DNA from: Sphagnum compactum
Lineage: Eukaryota
Direction of reading: 5' to 3'
Assembly: GCA_965153455.1 (NCBI GenBank)
Contig: OZ234493.1
Location: forward strand, 14,188,213 to 14,252,212
DNA: 64,000 bases
Position 1 is the first letter of the stretch, and each line of letters opens with the position of its first letter. The notes under the pieces were generated by a model, which was not told where the DNA came from, did no database searches, and saw only the letters and a program-made list of their open reading frames with translations. Of this stretch, positions 55,039 to 64,000 are shown in pieces. Made by a program: the position numbers and the translations under genes.

Positions 55039-55520
55039 AACATCTATGCAGCTGCTAGCAAGTGGAATCTCTGTGCGAGTATTCATTGACAGAGTTTGGA
55101 GTGTGAAAAAAGACCCGGGCCATACCTGGATTGTGATGAATAACAAGGTACACACATTTGTTGCAGATGACCAACATCACTCTCAGATGATGGAAAGCTA
55201 TGCAGAATTGATGAGGTTATCCAGGCTCATGAACAATGCTGGCTATGTGCCTGATACAAAATTCTTACTGCACGACATAGAGGAAGAAGAAAAGGTGTCT
55301 CAATTGTGGCACTACAGTGAGAAACTGGCCATTGCAGTTGGGCTAATCAGCACACCTCCTGGTACTCTGATTCGCATCTTCAAGAATGTGCAGGCATGTG
55401 GTGACTGCCACACTGCCTTCAAGTTCATTGCAAAGATAGTAGAGAGTGATTATAGTGAGAAATGCCAATCGTTTCCATCACTTTAAGGATGGGTATTGTT
55501 TTTGCAGGGATTATTGGTAA
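55039..55520 (+). pseudogene. Decayed E2/E+/DYW cytidine-deaminase tail of the PPR gene
   Basis: After LL* the frame continues NIYAAASKWNLCASIH*. After a frameshift it reads VKKDPGHTWI (PG box)...GYVPDT...HYSEKLAIA...CGDCH..KFIAKIV. After a second frameshift it reads RVIIVRNANRFHHFKDGYCFCRDYW* (TAA 55518-55520). Confidence 0.92.
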
Positions 55521-58500
55521 TAGACATTGTCACAGGTGCTCTTGTCATCACACTGCAATAGTTAGAATAGATAAGTTAAGGGTGTTCACATTGTTAAGTA
55601 CATCATTTGAGTCTTCTGCTGATTTTTCAAGGAGCAGTGAAAAAGGATCACTAGGTTAGGTTCATGCAGAATAGAACAGTGGCAAGTTCAATTTGACAAG
55701 TTAAGTTTTGTCTGGGATCTCCAGTTTTGTCCAAAGCTGTGTTCACTTTGAGAAATGAAGCAAACATGAAGGAAAATACAGAACCAAAAACCTTGAAAGG
55801 TTTGAGAGGTTCAAGGACCTATGTCCAGAAGAGACTTGGCCACTATTCAAAGGTTCCAGTCTAAACTTTCGCAAGAGCTTCCACGAGTACCATCTCATAT
55901 TTGAACCCAGGTTTTGGAAGGTGGGTCTCTTCCTTACTTTCTCCCTGTAGTTGTCCTTGTTGAGGGTACATGGCAGAGTGGTCCAAATAGGAAAGCTCAA
56001 GTTCTCTCTGGTGCAATGCTAACTTAGTTGAAGATAATGAGACTGAAAAGCTTGAGTCTCTAGGACTGCCACCATCTTTACATAGAATTAGTTCAGAGTA
56101 TGGAGGATCCTTTAGAGCATCTCCACCACACCCACTATTTGCGCTTGTATCAGTCTTTCCCCCATTTTCTCTCTGCAGTCAGTTTCTCTATGTTTCATCT
56201 TCCTTTTCTGTGCATCTGTTTAGTTTCTCCCCTCAAGTCTTTTCTTTTTGTATTTCTCCTTGTGTTGTTGTTTGTTGCTAGCCAGTATCATGGCCGAGTC
56301 TTCCTGTTGTTAATGTCTCTTTCTTGGAGGACACTAAATCCTGGGCATGTTTACAGGCACAGAAGTGAGTATCACACTGTTTGATTGCTATCTCTGTCCA
56401 AAATTTTAGTGTACTGGCCATTTTACTGCTGTGTGTAGAGATGTGCTTATATTCTGGCAAAATTCTTGTATGTACTAATATGTATATAACCTTCACTGAA
56501 AAGTTCTGGAGATGCAAAATTCATGTCTTCTTAGACAAGAATTGTTGCCCATGACACAATTGTAACCATGAAAATCAAAGCAACTTGAAGCAGCTACCCA
56601 TCACTCATATAGTCAGTAACACACAGAGCATCTCCAGCAGTGCTCAATATGTGATGCCACAATAATAAACTTTCACATCCAAGTTTAGTTATGTACTCTT
56701 TTGCAACCCCACCAATACTCTGTTGTCTACAACTTGTTCACATTGCATTGCTCATATGAGACTCACCAAAACCTTTGTCTTCTCATTTTCAGTTGTACCT
56801 TTGACAATCTCGTTGCTCTTGTGTTGATGATTTTTGTTTTTTAAAAAAAGATTGAAGCCTTTTGTGTTAAAAATATTGCAAATTTTAAGTTTATGTTTAT
56901 TTTTGGAAAAAAGAAAAGAAAAGAAGATAAATTGTTATCATGCTTGCACTTGTGGTTGAAAGTAGAAGCAAATAAAATTCAATTTAAAACATGCCACTGA
57001 AAAGGAAAGGAAAACCCCCAATTTTGAAATGCAATTTTAAAAAATTAGTAATATCCAAATGGAACTAAAATGAGGAGAATTATTTTTTAAATGCACAATA
57101 GTTTTTCAATAAAAGGTTTAAAAGGTTCAAAACTTAGTGCACATGTAGAAGAATGAGTTATGTGTTGCAATGCAAAAAATACATGATGGATTTACATTCA
57201 TTGATAATATCAGGGTTATTCTCTCCATTTTGCGTGATATGAATTTTTTTTTGCAAAAATTTACCAAAAATCAGCCAAATTAGTTGAATTTTCACTTAGG
57301 AGGGGAAAAAAAAAAAAAACCCATAAATTTCTCAATGCCAAAGATACGTTTTTAATGTTTTGCCATTCACATTAGAACGTATCTTAATGCAAAAGAAGAA
57401 TTATGGAAACTAAAATATTATTTCACCATGCAAAAATATAATCTTCAAAAAAAAAAAAAAAATCCTCTTAAAGAAACCAAAAAAAATCCTTCTAAGATAT
57501 TATTATAACTCTATAACTAATCTCAAGTTTCAACACAAGCCCAAAATATATCATCTTTCAAAAAATCCTCACATAAAAAACACACCTATTTATTACCTAC
57601 CAACTGAGGGGCCTATAAAAGTCCCTTAAGCTACTACTATACTCTGTAATGAATCTAAACACAACATATCCTTACCTTCTTTCTTCATAATAGGCCAGCC
57701 CAAAAACCTTTGCACTACTTTATGCACTAAAATTAGGCTCATTGCAATAATAGAATGAACAATGATGTTCTTTCACCCATTAACATGATGAGTCCTAACT
57801 CTCTAACCACTAATTATGTGTAATTAATTGCATGTTTTAGGGTTTAGGGTTTTAGGGTTTGCATGTTTTAACCCTATATCACTACTAGTCTTTTAAGCTT
57901 GGCTTACTACCAACCCAATAAGGCCCATTTTACACCCCCACTTTCACATACATCACCACACTCTTTTTTTTTCCTTGGCAAATTTGGAAAACAATTGGGG
58001 AAAAAATTATATATATATATATATATATAAATCATTTCCTGAGTACTATAGCTTTCCATCTCATTAAAAAAAACATTTATTTGAGGAATAAAATATAGAG
58101 CAAACACTTTTTAAAAAAACCCAATCTACCTAATATAATGAACACCTTCATCATAATGAACTAACAAACACTTTACACTAGAGTCCTTTCATATAAGGAC
58201 CTTTCATAGTGTTATTATTATGTTTTGAAAATAAATAAATAAATAAAAATCTCCACAAAAAGAAAAGAAAGAAAGGGAAATTTTTATAATAAAAATGACA
58301 TCATTTTAGACCCCAAATCTTCCATTTTGGAAGATTATCCATAACAACATTGAGATTGCACATATATATCCATATACATTATTATTATTATTTTATTTAT
58401 TATTATTATTTTACTTAGTAATTATTTTCCTTGGACATGTTTAGAGTTATAAATAACTTGACCAAATTTGGGCAAAATAAAAAGTAGAAAAAAAAAAAAA

Positions 58501-59111
58501 CAAATTACTTACTTACATGGGGGCTTAACTCTCTAAAGTGTACCCAAAAAGGGCAATAATTACATCCATTAATAGATTAGGGTTTCCAACTAACATCCCT
58601 TTCCATCTTAATGAAGCCCTTCTCCCTTCCTTTTCCTTCCTAGTTTAAGGGAATTAATTCCACAGGCCACGTTTTGTCCTTAAATCCTAATTAAGGAATC
58701 CTAATTAAGGATTCCCTTAATTAATTAATTAACGGAAAACCCAAATGTTCTCATCTCCTTCTTCTTGGACGTCGTCCGCATTCGGTCCTTCTCGTCTCCT
58801 TCACGTCCGTGTACGCATTTCGTTCGTGGAACTCCGACAACTCCGTTCGCTTCCTTCCTTCCGTCTGTATTCGTCGTTTCTCGTCGCCACTTCCCCCCCT
58901 TCCCCTTCTATAAAACTCTCCCTTCTTCGCCACAGCGCAGCAGCCCGCAGGAGCAACGCCGCAGAGGAAGAAGTTGCTGCGCAGAGTTGTGCGGAGAGCG
59001 TTTTGCAACAGAGTTCTGTTTCGTTTTTTTGTTTGTTTGCTTGCTTGCTTCTTCTTCTCTTCTTCTTGCAGTGATAACTTGCAGTTCTTCTTTTGTTTGC
59101 AATTTAGTACC

Positions 59112-59927
59112 ATGAGGAATCGTCGGGACATCAGCTATATTCGGCCAAAGGTGCACAGCATGAAGCTCCGTCAACGACGAGTGCAGGCCCATCAGAATCG
59201 TTCTTCATCAACAACAAGGTCCTCCTCTCGCCGCCGAGGACCCCGTACTGCAATCTGCCCCTTGAAGATCATCACCGTGACGACGACGATGATGACTACG
59301 TCGAGCACCGCGAGTGAGGTGGCAGAAGCTGTACAAAAAACTCATGCTACGAGTCGTCTTTTTCGCTACAAGACGGAGATGCTAGCTGCTTTCAGATACC
59401 TTGATGCAGTGAAGCTGAGATTCGATCCGCCCATGCCAGGAAGAAAAATCTTCAACCGCAGGACGGCCTACAACGAGTTCGTTGACACCATGGCTGAGTT
59501 CAAGGAGCAGCGAATCGACATCACGGAAGTTGTGAACCGAGCCAACGAGCTCTTCGCAGGTCACCCCGACCTCATCCTGGGGTTGGGTCGGTTCCTACCC
59601 AATGGCGGTTCTCAGTACTTCGGATCATCGCCGCCTCCGGAACTTCATCTGCAGGTGGCCTTGAAGGCGATAGAGCGGCAGAGTCAAGCCACGACCACCA
59701 AGGCGATCGCGGTGGTGCGCAAGATCCAGGCTCTATTCTCGGTGCAGACGGACAAGGCACATCAGGAGGTCTACAAGAACTATGTGGCCATCTTCAACGA
59801 GTACATCGAGGGTACTACTAGCATCCCGGAGATGTACACCCAGCTCTCGCAGCTATTCCTCGCCGAGTACCCGGATCTGCTCGCGGAGCTCGCCGAGTTC
59901 TTCCCGGAATCCGCTCGCTCTGCATGA
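59112..59927 (+). CDS. Intronless stand-alone paired amphipathic helix (PAH1-PAH2, Sin3-like) protein, 271 aa
   Basis: PAH1: AFRYLDAVKLRF...YNEFVDTMAEFKEQRIDITEVVNRANELFAGHPDLILGLGRFLP. PAH2: AIAVVRKIQALF...VYKNYVAIFNEY...IPEMYTQLSQLFLAEYPDLLAELAEFFP. GC3-rich codons and an Arg-rich N-terminus. The start codon is uncertain (59112 or 59160). Confidence 0.85.
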   Translation: MRNRRDISYIRPKVHSMKLRQRRVQAHQNRSSSTTRSSSRRRGPRTAICPLKIITVTTTMMTTSSTASEVAEAVQKTHATSRLFRYKTEMLAAFRYLDAVKLRFDPPMPGRKIFNRRTAYNEFVDTMAEFKEQRIDITEVVNRANELFAGHPDLILGLGRFLPNGGSQYFGSSPPPELHLQVALKAIERQSQATTTKAIAVVRKIQALFSVQTDKAHQEVYKNYVAIFNEYIEGTTSIPEMYTQLSQLFLAEYPDLLAELAEFFPESARSA

Positions 59928-60272
59928 GAGCCGCCACCACCACCAGCAGCGCGAGAAGATTAAGCTTAATCTCTTTGTTTTTCTGTCGTTAGTCATGCTG
60001 GTTTGTTGCTGCTAATTCTAGTTTTATACCACAGAATTAAGCACATGGAATTCTTCTTCTTCGACTTGATGGGCAGTTTTATTGTTTGCCAAAAAACCCT
60101 TGCAATCTTTTCTCAAGAACATTAAGGATTTTTGTTTTTGGTTTTTGTTTTGTTTTGTTTTGTTTTTTTTTCCTGGGAGCTGTGGTAAAACTCAATGAAT
60201 GTGCAATGCTCATTAATTCTTTTTCAAGTTTCCTTCTTTCTTTCATTTCCCAAGTTGCTCATCACTTAGAGT

Positions 60273-60273
<1 letters not shown>

Positions 60274-60310
<37 letters not shown>
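60274..60310. repeat. (GA)n microsatellite
   Basis: Directly visible. Confidence 0.95.
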
Positions 60311-60314
<4 letters not shown>

Positions 60315-60968
60315 CCATGTGGAATTCATGTGAACATCTTATGCATTAGAATGCAAATTTTCTGTTGCCAATTGTTCATTGTGACATTGTCCTCTTTGCT
60401 TCATTTTATCCTTGAACTCATGTGGAGTTTGTTTGGGTTGCTTTTTTGTTGGGGGGTTTTTTTTTTGGGTTTGTTTTTGCCTTAATCATATGCAAGTTTT
60501 TCATTAGCTTAACGAGCTTAATTAGAAACAACCATGTTTTGCAGGATTTTTGTTTATGGGTTGATAATTCCACAACTGGAGGGGTTGTGTACATCATCAT
60601 GATCATGGAATTTCTTACATGAATGATCTTGATGAGGTTTTCATATTCTTCGGGTTTTCTTTTATAGTTCAATTCTTATATCATTTTTTTGTTTCCAATT
60701 TAATCGGGTTTCCAGAATATTTTGCTGCAAGAGTTTATTAGATCCAAGTTTTTATTTATTTATTTATTTATTTTTATTTTTGTGATTGATCTGATTTTTC
60801 TGGAATTGATCAGACCCTTTCCTTGGTCACCAGAATTGCTCCATTCCCAAATCTGAGCTCTTGCTCTTGCTGTTGATCATCCCTTTGATTTTTCTCATGT
60901 TTGGCTTGTCTATTGCACCATCTTTTTTCTGTTTCCTTTTCATTCCTTTAAACCAAATTATGATAGTA

Positions 60969-61000
<32 letters not shown>

Positions 61001-63099
61001 TATTATAAATTTTTAATAAATTAAATTTATCTGCTTAAGTTGGAAAATTGATGTATGCAATATCAACACCACCCAACAAATTACATCATCAAAAAATACC
61101 ATTTCTTAGCCATCTCTTTTTTTTCAATGTCTAATGAACTCAAGCCTCATACATACATACTTGGATACAAACTAGAAACCCAATACGAGTTCTCTTTCAG
61201 GAAGTCATTACAATAAATGATTTGGTTTGAGTTTTTGCTCCTTGTCCTTAGAAGCTGCCAAAGACATATTTCATTACCTACCTTGAGCCTTGAGGAAGTC
61301 TCTCCAAATCTCTAACTGTCTTGAACTAGAGTAGTAGGTACATAAGTGGGTTTTTTTGTGGAGAATTTTCTCCAGTTCTTTATATATTTATATATTTTAT
61401 ATTTTTAAATATTTTATATTTGTTTATTTTTCTGTCACAAATTCTCTTTTTTGGGGGGAAATTTTACCAAAAGAAAATTTCTTTAATTTAAAATTTTATC
61501 AAAATATGTCACAATTGCCTACAATGTGAAAGGGTGCTCAAGATTTTCTACTTTCATATTTTTAATATCATCAAATTTTGGCTAGAGAGTAAAGTAGATT
61601 TTTAAAAATAATCCTGCCTAGTTCTGGCAACCAAATAGGCTAAATCATTGCCTAAATATGGCCACATGTCACTTTTTTTTCCTCTCAAAATATGGCAACT
61701 TTTGGCAATTGTTTTCCCAAAAAAAAGCTTTTGTAAAATTCACAATGGGCAACATCACACAATTGAGGGGAACAAAAAAATTAGAAAAACCAAAAGTGGT
61801 AAATTCCTTTGTTAATTTTGTAACAATAAAAGAACCAAATAAACAAGTCTCTATTTTTGCAATGTGGTGGACTTTGAATAAAATCATTCTCAAATTTTGA
61901 CCAGAAAAATGGAGAATTTTGCAGCTCTTGTCTTGATTTCTAAGGTCTTTTATGGTTTTGAAGTGAAAAATTTTCAATAGTTTGAAGTGGGCTGCAAAAT
62001 TCACTTATGCAAGTTCCCTTTTTTCTATAGCAAGTAGTAAGCAGGGATTTGTTTTTTCAATTTAGCAATATCAAGAATTTGGCAAAGCTTTCCAAAAAAA
62101 AATAGCAGAATTAGTTGAATTTACACTAGAACCAAAAAAAAAAATTCCAAAATTTTCCCAATTATTTCTGTCCAAAAAGACAACAAAATTGTTTTCACAA
62201 TTGCAAGGAAATACGGCACAATTAGTAGAAGAGCCATACATCACACCCAAAAAATCCACTTGGACATTCGCAAATGTACAACACACTAAGTAATTTTCCT
62301 TGGGCTTGTTACAATTCCACTAACTTCATGATTTAGTGCATGACACAACACCACCCACAATTAGGGTATCGTCATAATTTTATCATTCATTTCTTGGCTA
62401 TATCCACAACAGAGCTCACTCATGTCTATCTATGTTTATCGGCCCACATAAGATAGCAATTAAATTAAATTAAATTTCTTGGGTTTGAGTTTTTGATCCC
62501 GTCCTTAGAAGCTGCCAACCATTAAACTTTTTTTTTTAACCTTGAGAAGGTCTCTCCAAATCTCCAACTCTCTTGAAATAGATTACATCTCATAACCTAC
62601 AAAACTTGTGTTATTATTCACACATTGGAGACAATTACTCAATACCCAAAACCAACAAAAGAACGCTAATTAGAAACCAATCAAAGATGATAACAAAATA
62701 ATAATAATAATAATAATAAGATGATTCAATCTTTAAGGAGAAAGTGAGTGTTCTTTGGAATTTTGATGGAATTTGGATGCAATCTTTAAACTTTTTTCCC
62801 AGATTTGGTTAATGTGTTTTTTTCCTCTATTCTCAACTCTTTGAAATTTAGCAGAGAATAGAATGATGTTAACACTTTAAAAGGAAAGAAAGTGAGTGTT
62901 CTTTTGGTACTTTGATACAATTTTGCAACTATTTCCTGAATTGGGTATCGTGGTTTTTTTTTTTCCTCTCTACTTCTCCAGTCTTTGAAGTTTAGCGGAG
63001 AAAATAATTACCAGTTTTGTCACAAGAAATCATGCAGGCTTACTTTACTTGAAAGATTTAGATGAAGTTTAGATTCTCATGCTTGTAAATTCATGATCA

Positions 63100-64000
63100 G
63101 GTAGCCTTGGACGCTACTTAAACCTGGACTCCAAATCCTTCTAAATGCTAAGCAACAAATACTCAAAACAAAACGGGATATTGGGTCTTTACCAGATGAT
63201 GGATTTTGTATACAAAAGAAGACGAACATTGTCAAGACTTGTTGGTGAAGAAAATTTTCTTGTACTCTGCATATTTCCCAGAGAAATAATCATCAGGAGC
63301 CATATCAGCAGTCAATGTGATTTCGTCCACATCTCTTTCCTCACGCTGCTCGTTGGGAGCAATAGAGACTCTGTTGTTGGCCACTACTGTCGCCACCCAC
63401 CACTCTTGGAATTTCTTGGATTTGACAAGCTCATCAACACATGTCTCGGTGATGTCCAGTGCCTTATACTCCCCTCTGCTCAATGGCTTTGTATGTGGAG
63501 ACTTGTGAAATGTGGAGTATAACTCATGGTGTAACAAGTGTTGTACCACTGCCTCTTGTCTCTTCCCTGGCACCATACAATAATACATCAGTATCACAAG
63601 ATCAGGCAATATTGACTTAGGTTTTTTCCCAAATGATGTAGGGGTAAATACTAGGGACTTCATCCCACATAACATGGGTTTATTGAAGACACCCAGACTC
63701 CTTCACATGTTACACTCAGTGTGTTTAACAAATGGGCTCAGATGATGCAACAGGATAAACTGAGACCTAATGATGCTTTTGGATGATTGTTGCCGACACA
63801 ACTCCTCATTGACAGAGCTTGTTCTCGCAACGCCAGTCCCTTCTTCCCAGGCATATTTTTCAGATTATCTGACTCACTCCGATTCATCATGATGATGGGT
63901 TTCTTCCCCTGCTGCTTCCTCACAGGAGAATGATGATGTGCAGCAGCTGGGGGGGATCTCTGCACATCTGATCTGTTCAGACAACACATCTCAATCTGGA
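63100..64000 (-). pseudogene. Possible decayed coding sequence of unknown family, may extend beyond the right edge
   Basis: GC-richer block. One frame reads AWEEGTGVARTSSVNEELCRQ...CNM*RSLGVFNKPMLCG...(147-aa ORF)...FFTNKS*QCSSSFVYK with sparse stops. No family recognised. Confidence 0.3.

Noticed and set aside
55036-55089. U-to-C RNA editing rescuing the PPR stops
   Set aside because: This is a nuclear gene, the first stop needs a G-to-C change to restore Ser, and frameshifts follow regardless.
54911-55486. Independent stand-alone DYW gene (191-aa ORF)
   Set aside because: Its N-terminal part is an off-frame reading of E1/E2, it lacks the HxE histidine, and it frameshifts before the terminal DYW; it is the broken tail of the PPR gene.

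Overview
AT-rich, intron-containing land-plant nuclear DNA. The PPR style, repeat families and LTR termini suggest a bryophyte, probably Sphagnum; this is recognition from memory, not a search. Six protein genes can be modelled with GT-AG splice sites: a 10-exon plastid-type DedA/VTT membrane protein (+), a 2-exon HIG1/Rcf1-type mitochondrial protein (+), an intronless F-box/kelch protein (-), an At5g66230-like protein with an in-frame stop (-), a PLS-class PPR protein (+) and an intronless stand-alone PAH-PAH (Sin3-like) protein (+). Possible partial or relic genes lie at both edges. Intergenic DNA holds a Helitron 3' end, a solo LTR with a 5-bp TSD, a decayed RT + restriction-like-endonuclease LINE, a 230-bp Mutator-like element with an 8-bp TSD, and hAT-like MITEs. 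The most striking feature is the PPR gene. It has an N-terminal 'PDF' motif of the organellar ssDNA-binding OSB proteins fused to an intact 24-repeat PLS array, while its E2/DYW deaminase tail has decayed (2 stops, 2 frameshifts, Zn-ligand His lost).
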